20,000 nt of DNA from Planctomycetota bacterium (GTDB lineage: Bacteria; Planctomycetota; Planctomycetia; JALXBF01), in contig JALXBF010000033.1 in NCBI GenBank assembly GCA_026991575.1, positions 56,601-76,600 of the forward strand, read 5' to 3'. Position 1 is the first letter of the stretch, and every line of letters begins with the position of its first letter. The position numbers and the translations under genes are program-made. Shown one piece after another: positions 1 through 7,568 of this stretch. The notes below the pieces were generated by a model. It saw only the letters and a program-made list of their open reading frames with translations, did not search any database and had not been told where the DNA came from.

Positions 1-205
1 CATCCCAGTCGGGTAGGTCCCGCCAAGGCTGCCAACTGACGCTTTGCCCACTAGGTAGGCCCTGCCAGCGGTAACGGGACGCACGAGTTGCCCCGGGGCC
101 AGGCAGGGGAAGTGGGAATGGCAGGCCTTTCGTGTGACGGTCAGCAGGATTCGGGTCACCCCTTCCCAGCTCACGCACCTTCCGTGGTACCTTGGCTCTG
201 GTGAG

Positions 206-1812
206 CTAACCGTTCACGGGGCGCACGTGGGTGGCGGGGCCCCTGAATGGAGGTGAGGTCGACCGGCGTGAGTAGCGCTTGATGACTCTTGGAAGATGTG
301 AGGGTAGTCAGAGGCGTCACGCGGTAGTCTTGGGAAGAAGGCGTGGAGGTTGTCTCCCTTGGCGGTAGGCAACCAGTCCCTCCGTCAAAAGGTTCGGATA
401 CGGCGCCCGATTTGTCGGCATGCCTCGGCGACGCTCAGCAGCCGCTCCCTGCAGCAAGGACCGGGCTCGGTGTCATTGCCGAGGCTGATCTTCCACCAGA
501 TCACCACTGACGGCAGTGCCCGTTCGGCGGCATTGTTGGTCGGCTCGGCGCGCTCGTGGTACAAAGAGACCCACAACGACGGCTCGCGCCGCCGCAGCAT
601 CAGGAGGCCGCACGTCGCTGGGGCTCTGACACAGTTCGGCTCTTCCCGTGCTGAGGCAGTTCTCTGATCCACCACCGTGCGTGCTTCTGGATCGAGTCCC
701 ACATGGTGGCGCGCGTGATCTCCCCACGACACATCCGAGCATGCTGCAGAAGGACAAACTCCAGGTCGTTCAGCAAAGGCGCCCCGATCCGGGCATTTTT
801 GCCTTCCGGCTCCTGCATCGCCTCCGCGTGTCGCTTGACGTGCGCCAGGCACTGCTGACGACGATGGGGAGTCGTCTTGCCGCACGATGAATCCCCCTCC
901 GTGCGCACAATCGCCCGTGTCAGTGGCCCCAAAGCTGCTTCGCCACCGCCTGCGATCGGCTCCGGCGAATCAGGTAGTACGTCACTCTCTCCGTTGCCGC
1001 CCCCCATAGCCATGCTCGCTTCTTCTCCACTCGCCAACTCGTCTCGTCGGCATGCACCACCGACGCCGACCGCACCCCCTGGCCAATCTCCTCAGCCAGC
1101 TCCACCAACGCTTCTGCTGGTTCCTGCACACTCGCTGACACCCGCCCCAGCGACATCCTCACCAGAAACCAATCCTCCAAGAGTCGCAGGTCGGTCGCAG
1201 CGGGCCCTTGTAGACCGTTTTCAGCGGCACTGCGAACGCCGTCAGACAAGGAGCGAAAGCCCGCCGAGCCTCCGCAGGCAGGTCTCCCACCGTAATGTGC
1301 CCGGACCGAGGACGCACCACGGAGTACACCTGGTACTCGGTCGCCCGCGTCTCCGGCCTGGAGATCTCCGGTACCTGATGCCGCTCCGGATTGGGATTCG
1401 GCTCTGCCCCGTGCAGTCCCTTTCCGCATCACGGACCTGACAGGACGCACCCCCTGGCCTCGGGTACCTCTTCCTATGGAACCAAGTGGCGCTGGTGCCG
1501 TGGATGCCCCGGCTGAGCACGTCGCTTACGGCCCGTCGGCTCCTTCTGGCGACGCTTCTGAGCGACCGGATCCGATGACGGCGGCTGAGATGAGTTGCGA
1601 GAGTTGCGCCGTAACTGGGCTGCCTGCTCTTCAACGCGCCCTGCTAACTGGCGGATCCTCTACACCAGCGCCTTCAGCACGCACCGCACCACGCAGGCAG
1701 TCTCCGACGACATCTCCTTCCATACGCCCTTGGACAAGAGTTCCCTTTTCATGTTGTCGCAGATAGCCGCCGAGTTCTCCCCTTCCGTCAACACCAGTCC
1801 GCGAACGGTTAC
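206..1812 (-). mobile_element. Decayed IS66-family insertion sequence, single-ORF (ISBst12-like) organisation, ~1.6 kb
   Basis: Imperfect terminal inverted repeats CTAACCGTTCACGG (206-219) and the reverse complement of 1799-1812, GTAACCGTTCGCGG (12/14 match, GTAA-type IS66 end), enclose a broken TnpC-like frame. No 8-bp target duplication is visible (ctggtgag vs tgccgggg). Confidence 0.75.
317..1752 (-). pseudogene. IS66-family transposase (TnpC-like) pseudogene
   Basis: Manual translation across frames gives ordered IS66 motifs: LRRNSRNSSQPPSSD..TGRKRRAQPGH, RHQVPEI..TEYQV, VVHADETSWRVEKKRAWLW, RQQCLAHVKRH, EPTNNAAERAL..VIWWKISLG, LTEGLVAYRQGRQPPRLLP. In-frame TAG stops lie at 1660-1662 and 1474-1476, with several frameshifts. 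ATG at 1752, terminal TGA at 317-319. Confidence 0.9.
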
Positions 1813-1830
1813 TGCCGGGGGAATTGCCGA

Positions 1831-2170
1831 ATCAACCGGCCAGCTTGCTTCGATGGACGGGAGGGAGGCTTCATGCCCCCCTCCCGCAAGGTTGATGGGT
1901 AGAGCCGGCGGATCCCAAAAAATTTCTTCGCTGCCGAGCCGCAGGTGGGTTGATCCCGCCCGCGGCTCGGGTGGTTGCATTTCTTTGGACGCGTGGCGTG
2001 CGGTCATTCGCCTCGCCGACGCCGCGGACGAGGTCCACGGCGTCGGGGGGATTCTTCAAGTGGCAAGGTGAGAAAACAAAACTCGTATTGTCCGCGCCGC
2101 CCATCAACAGAGCGGGCGGGGGGCCTAAGCTCCCCTCCCGCGAGCTCACGGTAGCTGGCGAGGTGAACGG
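1831..2170. repeat. Long imperfect inverted repeat (arms ~1831-1899 and ~2100-2170) containing four GC-rich hairpins
   Basis: 1858-1899 matches the reverse complement of 2100-2140 at 34/42 positions by hand alignment. GCCAGCT (1839-1845) and AGCTGGC (2153-2159) lie exactly 12 nt outside each arm core. Hairpins at 1858-1886, 1934-1970, 2016-2046 and 2112-2141. Confidence 0.75.
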
Positions 2171-2185
2171 TCGTCCGACGCCGGC

Positions 2186-2253
2186 GAGACCAGCTCCCAA
2201 CGCAGCCGGAACCAACTCGCCAACGCAGGCGAGACCATCGCCCAAACGCAGGC
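2186..2253 (+). repeat. Three degenerate 22-23 bp tandem direct repeats
   Basis: gagaccagctcccaacgcagcc (2186-2207), ggaaccaactcgccaacgcaggc (2208-2230), gagaccatcgcccaaacgcaggc (2231-2253); shared ACCA...AACGCAG core. Confidence 0.6.
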
Positions 2254-2854
2254 AATGCGAACCCGCGACGAGGCCTTCGCGCCTGGAAGAGCGGTTGAAC
2301 AACGCAACCCGGACGTGAACGGTCACGCACGAAAGGCCGGGGGGCGGTGACCGCGCGGCTGAGCCAGGACGAGGTAGGAGACGGTTTAGCGTCGGCTAGG
2401 CCCTGTCAGCGACGAGCGTTCTGAAGCGTGGCTCAAGCGGGGAGCCAGCACGCCACGGGTACCATACGCCGCGAGGTGCGCTCCAGCTTCTGCATGATCC
2501 TGGCGCGACTCGGGCGCGCTTCGGCGTGGCTTCCGGCGGAAGGGTGCGCCGCCTCTCTGACCGCATTCATCGCACGCGTCCGCGTGAAACGGGAGCGATG
2601 AGCGTTCGGTAATCGCCGCGAGAGGCGGCAGGACAAAGCGCTGCTGAAGCGGTGCGTACTGCGAGACTGGGATCAAGCAAGCCAGGGCAGACGGTGGCGG
2701 CATCGATCCATGGCCACCAGGTCGGTGGAAGGCGGAGTCGGAGGCGATGGAGGGAGACTGGCGTACTAGTGCCGTTTCAACTAGAGAAGTTTCCCTCGCG
2801 GGGCGGGGCAGCGGGCAACCGCGCTTGCGGGACACGGAGGTTATGACGTAAAAA

Positions 2855-2899
2855 GGAGCCTCCACAGTGGGTGTCAAAGGGAGAAAACGTGGAGGCTCC
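2855..2899 (+). promoter_or_regulatory. Perfect 11-bp inverted repeat occluding the transposase ribosome-binding site
   Basis: GGAGCCTCCAC (2855-2865) pairs with GTGGAGGCTCC (2889-2899), which contains the SD GGAGG (2891-2895) upstream of ATG 2904. Confidence 0.65.
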
Positions 2900-2903
2900 A
2901 AGG

Positions 2904-4028
2904 ATGGACAGAGTTCGTGTTCGTCGCTTGGCCCCGCCTGAGCGAAGGCGACTCCGTTCAATGAAACGTGCCAGAGGGAACGCTGTCAAGGCCAAACGCG
3001 CCGGCGTGATTCTACTCTCGGCAGAAGGTTGGAGCACAAGGGAGATCGCCCAGGGCGTGGGCTACACGGTGCAGTGGGTACGGAAGATCATTCATCGGTT
3101 CAATGAAGGAGGATTGAAGGCCATTGACTGGGACCCCGGTGCGGGGAAACGGGGCAGGAGGCGGAAGTTTTCCCCCAGAGTAATCCAGCGGATCGTCGAC
3201 ACAGCGCTGTCACCTCCGCAACAGCTGATCGGGATGACGCAGTGGTCCCTGGCGAAGCTGCGGCAGTACCTGATCGAACAGGGGATTGTCGAGGAGATCA
3301 GTCTGGAATGGTTGCGTCAGATCCTCAGACGTGCGGGCGTGCGCTTGAGGCGGACGAAAACCTGGAAGGAGTCGAAAGATCCGCACTTTGTGCAAAAGTC
3401 CCGCCGCATCGGTGGGTTGTACGAGAGGCGTCCTGAAGGCGGAAGGAGGATATGTGTCGACGAGTTTGGGCCACTGAATCTGGCGCCGCGGCCTGGCATG
3501 TGCTGGGAGCATGAGGGCAGCCGACGCCCGGGCCGGCTGCCGGCGACGTATCGCCGCGACGGCGGGGTGCGGCACTTGCTGGCCTTTTACGATCTGGAGA
3601 CAGGCCGGCTCGACGGCTGGTTCTACGAGCGAAAGAGAACGGATGAATTCCTCGATTTTCTGAAGCGGGTCCGGTCTCGTTATCCAGTGGAGGAGACCCT
3701 GCATGTGGTGCTGGACAACTACGGTCCCCATCTGAGTTCAAGGGTTCTGGAGTGGGCGGAGGCGAACAGGATGCTCTTTTACTTCACCCCGACCAATGCC
3801 TCGTGGCTGAACCGAATCGAGTGCCACTTTGCGGCGTTGAAGAAGTTCGCCCTTGCCGGATCGTACTATCGGTCCCATGGACAGCTCCAGGGGGCAATCA
3901 GGAGCTACCTGGCATGGCATAACGGCGAACGGCCGATTGCCTGCGGCAAACCCCGCACCGGACAACGCGCGAACCAGACTCGCCCCGATCGCAAGCGACC
4001 ACCAAGAAGGGGAAACTTCTCAACTTGA
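2904..4028 (+). CDS. IS630-family DDE transposase
   Basis: N-terminal HTH (RAGVILLSAEGWSTREIA..TVQWVRKIIHRFNEGG), WSLAKL..YL winged-helix region, catalytic CVDEFG / VVLDNY / TPTNASWLNRIE. Single uninterrupted frame. ATG 2904 has an SD (GTG 2871 is an alternative). The stop lies inside the right TIR. Confidence 0.95.
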   Translation: MDRVRVRRLAPPERRRLRSMKRARGNAVKAKRAGVILLSAEGWSTREIAQGVGYTVQWVRKIIHRFNEGGLKAIDWDPGAGKRGRRRKFSPRVIQRIVDTALSPPQQLIGMTQWSLAKLRQYLIEQGIVEEISLEWLRQILRRAGVRLRRTKTWKESKDPHFVQKSRRIGGLYERRPEGGRRICVDEFGPLNLAPRPGMCWEHEGSRRPGRLPATYRRDGGVRHLLAFYDLETGRLDGWFYERKRTDEFLDFLKRVRSRYPVEETLHVVLDNYGPHLSSRVLEWAEANRMLFYFTPTNASWLNRIECHFAALKKFALAGSYYRSHGQLQGAIRSYLAWHNGERPIACGKPRTGQRANQTRPDRKRPPRRGNFST

Positions 4029-4041
4029 AACGGCACTAGCT

Positions 4042-4224
4042 CTAGAGGCCTGAATGCTGATCGAAGCGACCCCAGAGCAGCCAGTGCACGCCGACGTACG
4101 CTCCGAAGAACAGCGCGACGCCGACGAGCACAAAGGTGCCCGTAAGCACGGACAACAAGCTGAGCACTCCGAAGGCGGTAACCACCGCAAGCAGGACACC
4201 TGTTCCGACCTTCCCAGGCTTCAT
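4042..4224 (-). CDS. Small hypothetical membrane protein (two hydrophobic helices)
   Basis: Long hydrophobic stretch ending HWLLWGR. ATG 4224 is preceded by GGAG; ATG 4239 is an alternative start. Same strand as the upstream TPR gene. Confidence 0.7.
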   Translation of the reverse strand: MKPGKVGTGVLLAVVTAFGVLSLLSVLTGTFVLVGVALFFGAYVGVHWLLWGRFDQHSGL

Positions 4225-4366
4225 GGGGGCGAACTCCATCGATCTGGCGAGTTGACCTGTGCGTTTCTATTATCTCAGTCGCCAGCGTTCCATTTCGCGC
4301 ACGTCTGCTCGGTGCCTGTGCCGATGTACGTACCCCTTGTTGATCTTCGACAACGGCCTCGGCCCG

Positions 4367-5659
4367 TCACGTGCCATTGCGGTCGGCGGGATTGGTGGTC
4401 TGGGTGCGAAGCTTCTCCAGCAGCTCGTCCGCGGGGGCGTAGGCCGGGTCCTGAGCCAGGGCCATTTCGCACCACCCGATTGCCTCGCGCTGCCGTCCCA
4501 GCCCGGCGCAGTGCTCGGCCAGCTCAACACACTTTTCCGGGCTCGGTACGGTCCACTGCGGCGCGCGCTCATCGCCACCCAGCTCGGAAATGAACTGCTG
4601 GATCGCATCGTAGTGCGTCTTCAGCTCACGGAACCGCGCCAGATGCGCTCGACCCTCTTCGGCCCGGCTGCGTCGGATCAGCAAACCACCCAGTGAGAAG
4701 TGGATCCGGTGGTCGTAGGGTGCCAGCCGGAGGGCGCGGCGGTAGAAGCGCTCGGCAAGATCGAGCTTTCCAAGGCCGTCGTACGCTTGAGCCACCGCCT
4801 TCCAGAATTGCACTGGAGCTTCGCTAGGTATCGTGTGCTTGCGGAGCCACTCATCGATGGCCCGGAAGTTCTGCCTGGAGACGTAGACCTCGAACAGCAC
4901 CGCCACGGTGTCGAGGTCGTCTGGCAAGAGCCGCGCGGCCTGCTCGGCCCACCGCACCGCCTCATCCAGGTTCCCCCCCTTCATGTAGTACCAGGCCAGC
5001 GCACGCCGCGAGATGCCGTCCTCGGGATCCGCTTCCACCGCGACCAACAGCTCCTTAACCGCCCGCTCAATGTAGACCGGCTCCCCCTGCAACCTGGCCA
5101 GCGCGATCAGCAGACGCCATGGCTCGGCGTGTTCCGGGTACACGCCCCAAATCAATGGGATCGCCTCGCGCGCCCGCCGTTCCAGGGAGTACATCGAAAC
5201 CAGCTCGTAGATTGCTGCGCGCCTGTATTCCAGCGCCGCCGGCGTGTTCCGCTGCTCACCAAGCGTGATCACCTTCTTGAACAGCGTTTCCGCCTTCCGC
5301 CGCCGCCCGAGAACCTTCTGGATCTGGCCGCGACGGAAGACCGATTCGAGGTAGTCGGGAGCCTGCTCCGGAATCTGTTCCAGCAGCTGGAGTGCTTCTT
5401 CGTAGCGTCCAGTTGCCGCGCGCACACGGCCAGCCAGAAACAGCAGAGCCGGTCGCCGATCGCCCGCTGCCAGGTAGCGATCAATCACCTGACCTGCTTC
5501 CTGCCAGTGCCGGTTCTCCACCCATGCGCGGACTTTGTTCAACGGCGGTAACCGCTGCTCGGAGCTCCGCCACAACGATATCAGTAATGCTCCGATGCCG
5601 ATCACGACACCGAGCATCACCACATTGCCGATAATTCGGGCCGTTTGCGTCTTGGTCAT
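4367..5659 (-). CDS. Tetratricopeptide-repeat protein with N-terminal membrane anchor
   Basis: ~430 aa. N-terminal TM segment (IIGNVVMLGVVIGIGALLISLW) and several TPR-like helix pairs (GRYEEALQLLEQ, LGKLDLAERFYRRALRLAPYD, EMALAQDPAYAPA). Start assumed at ATG 5659. Confidence 0.85.
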   Translation of the reverse strand: MTKTQTARIIGNVVMLGVVIGIGALLISLWRSSEQRLPPLNKVRAWVENRHWQEAGQVIDRYLAAGDRRPALLFLAGRVRAATGRYEEALQLLEQIPEQAPDYLESVFRRGQIQKVLGRRRKAETLFKKVITLGEQRNTPAALEYRRAAIYELVSMYSLERRAREAIPLIWGVYPEHAEPWRLLIALARLQGEPVYIERAVKELLVAVEADPEDGISRRALAWYYMKGGNLDEAVRWAEQAARLLPDDLDTVAVLFEVYVSRQNFRAIDEWLRKHTIPSEAPVQFWKAVAQAYDGLGKLDLAERFYRRALRLAPYDHRIHFSLGGLLIRRSRAEEGRAHLARFRELKTHYDAIQQFISELGGDERAPQWTVPSPEKCVELAEHCAGLGRQREAIGWCEMALAQDPAYAPADELLEKLRTQTTNPADRNGT

Positions 5660-5806
5660 GGGGGATCCGGCCAACCGATCGTTCGGCGGGAAACGCTACG
5701 TCTTTTTTACGCTGACCGTGCCACGTGGGTCGCCGCCCGAACGCCTGCCCAGGAAGCCGCGGGGCAGCCGGCCCGCCGTCGGCAGATGCCTGCTTCGATC
5801 AGCGGC

Positions 5807-5812
5807 TACAAT
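5807..5812 (+). promoter_or_regulatory. Putative sigma70-type -10 box for the aldolase gene
   Basis: TACAAT 37 nt upstream of ATG 5850; no clear -35 element. Confidence 0.3.
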
Positions 5813-5849
5813 GCGGCCAGGTGGAGCTGCGCGGCACGAGGCGGGAGCG

Positions 5850-6485
5850 ATGGAGTTCATACGGGAGCGGTGCGAAATCGTCGAGATCTGCCGGAGGCTG
5901 TATGACCGGGGGCTGATCAGCGGGCCGGAAGGTAATGTCAGTGTGCGCCTCGCAGCGGCTATTCTGACCACACCCGCCGGATGCTGCAAGGGCTTCCTGT
6001 CGGCAGCCGATGTCGTCGCGGTCGACGATCAGGGACGCCCGGTCGGCGGTTCGGGACGACCGACCAGCGAGCTGCCCATGCACCTGGCTATCTACCGGGC
6101 CCGGGACGACGTCGGAGCCATCGTCCACGCTCATCCGCCGGCGGTCGTTGCACTGTCGCTTGCGCGCAAATCGATACCCAGGCACGCTCTGGCCGAGTCG
6201 ATCGCCGTGCTTGGCGAGGTGGCAAGGGTTGAGTTCGAGTTGCCGGGCAGCGCGGAGCTGGGTTCCAGAGTCGCCGAGGCGCTCGGGCCGGCCGGCCGGG
6301 CGGCAATCCTGGAGCACCACGGTGCTGTGACCGTCGGTAGGACGCTTCAGGAAGCCTGGCTCCGCATGGAAACTCTAGCCGCAGTGTGCCAGACGATCTG
6401 GATGGCTCACGCCGTGGGCGAGATCCACGAGTTGCCTCAGGCGGCCGTGCAGCGGTTACTGGAGCGGTTGAAGCAGACGAGCTGA
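5850..6485 (+). CDS. Class II aldolase/adducin family protein (L-fuculose-1-phosphate aldolase-like)
   Basis: EGNVSVR, TPAG, PTSELPMH..IY, IVHAHP and EHHG metal/catalytic motifs. ATG 5850 follows GGGAG; the longer 5535 start overlaps the divergent gene and is unlikely. Confidence 0.9.
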   Translation: MEFIRERCEIVEICRRLYDRGLISGPEGNVSVRLAAAILTTPAGCCKGFLSAADVVAVDDQGRPVGGSGRPTSELPMHLAIYRARDDVGAIVHAHPPAVVALSLARKSIPRHALAESIAVLGEVARVEFELPGSAELGSRVAEALGPAGRAAILEHHGAVTVGRTLQEAWLRMETLAAVCQTIWMAHAVGEIHELPQAAVQRLLERLKQTS

Positions 6486-6612
6486 GTCCGGCAGGCGTGG
6501 GGCCGCTGGCAAGGGCGGCAGACTCGCTTTTGTGCCGCTGCTAGCTCTCGTTAGTTACGAGGACGCCATGAGCACGGCCCATGGCAGGCCGCCCAGCCGG
6601 ACAGGATTCTCT

Positions 6613-7527
6613 TTAGAGGCTGATTCGTACCGGCAGGAACCGGTGGTCCGATTCGGGCCGCCGGCCCAGTTCGATCACCTCCATGACGGCCATCGTCTCG
6701 CGACGGTCAACCAACGGCTTGCCCGCTTCGAAGAAGTCGAGCATCGCCGCACAGGCTCGAACAAACAGCGTCTTCAGGTCGACCGCAACGTAGCGGGTTC
6801 CCTGCCGCGTCGTCACGGCCGCAGCGTATGGCGTCCGGGCACGGGTGTAGATGTTGATGACGGCTGTGCGGTCGCCGGTGAAGTCGAGCAGAAGCTGCAC
6901 TTCGGGCTCGGTCCCACGGCGCATCAGCCGTACCACCTCCGGCCCCATGCATGAGATCACCAGCTCAATCGGATGCACAGCGTACTCGTCGTATGTCCGG
7001 CCGCCGCCCCACGCCACCATATGCCGCACCCGGTCCCGGCCGACCTGCCGGACGTAGTCCTGGACATTCGTGTACCGCAGCGCCGAGCTCGTCTGAACGG
7101 CGACGCCGTAGCGGTCCGCAAGCCGGAACAGCTCGCGCGCAACGGTCGGGGAAGGGGCGAATGTCTTGTCCACAAACGTGGGCTTGCGGTGCGGGAACAC
7201 CGCGCGGCACAGCCCCAGGTGCGTCTCCGGGGTTGATGGCGCGAGCACGGCGAAGTAGTCAACGTGCGGTGCCAGTTCATCGACCGATCGGTAGTACGGC
7301 ACGTTGTTCTTTTCAGCCCATGCACGCGCTGCGTCTTGCCGCAGTGCCGTGACGCCCACCACCTCGAAGCCACGATCTTTCAGGTCGTTTCGGATGATCC
7401 GCAGGTACGTGTTGGCATGGAAGTTGTCTGGATCATCGTCGACGAAACCGATGCGGCCTCCGGCGCCCTCAGCGCAAGCGACGCTCGCCAGCGCCGTGGC
7501 TGCGAGGAAATCCCGCCGGGTCAACAT
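6613..7527 (-). CDS. Gfo/Idh/MocA-like oxidoreductase with twin-arginine (Tat) signal peptide
   Basis: N-terminus MLTRRDFLAATALASVACA; family-like segments YRSVDELA..VD, H, KPTFVDKTFA, SSALRY, YAVHPIE; SD GGAGG upstream. Confidence 0.8.
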   Translation of the reverse strand: MLTRRDFLAATALASVACAEGAGGRIGFVDDDPDNFHANTYLRIIRNDLKDRGFEVVGVTALRQDAARAWAEKNNVPYYRSVDELAPHVDYFAVLAPSTPETHLGLCRAVFPHRKPTFVDKTFAPSPTVARELFRLADRYGVAVQTSSALRYTNVQDYVRQVGRDRVRHMVAWGGGRTYDEYAVHPIELVISCMGPEVVRLMRRGTEPEVQLLLDFTGDRTAVINIYTRARTPYAAAVTTRQGTRYVAVDLKTLFVRACAAMLDFFEAGKPLVDRRETMAVMEVIELGRRPESDHRFLPVRISL

Positions 7528-7568
7528 GCTGGGGCCTCCCGCTTTGGTCGAGCCGCCCGCTCGTGCGG

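Larger units (their letters stand above)
2769..4036 (+). mobile_element. IS630-family insertion sequence, apparently intact, 1268 bp
   Basis: 27-bp TIRs GTGCCGTTTCAACTAGAGAAGTTTCCC (2769-2795) and the reverse complement of 4010-4036, GTGCCGTTTCAAGTTGAGAAGTTTCCC (2 mismatches). Flanked by duplicated TA (2767-2768, 4037-4038) in a CTAG target, typical of IS630. Confidence 0.95.

Noticed and set aside
1..205. Cobalamin riboswitch or group II intron 5' end on the minus strand (GGGAAGG..GCCTGCC; GTGCG)
   Set aside because: Only isolated short words match. No B12 box or GCCACTG core in correct spacing, and no intron domain V or reverse transcriptase.
1831..2170. Retron msr-msd, 6S RNA, tmRNA, RNase P or integron attC identity for the palindromic element
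   Set aside because: No reverse transcriptase or integrase nearby, and none of the diagnostic conserved sequences were seen.
2186..2253. CRISPR array
   Set aside because: Units are contiguous and degenerate, lack unique spacers, and there are no cas genes.
350..2330. Numerous plus- and minus-strand ORFs of 80-190 aa in the track
   Set aside because: Antisense or off-frame shadows of the IS66 pseudogene or of GC-rich non-coding DNA; Pro/Arg/Ser-rich with no family motifs.
5535..5849. 105-aa N-terminal extension of the aldolase
   Set aside because: Overlaps the divergent TPR gene; family similarity and the SD begin at ATG 5850.
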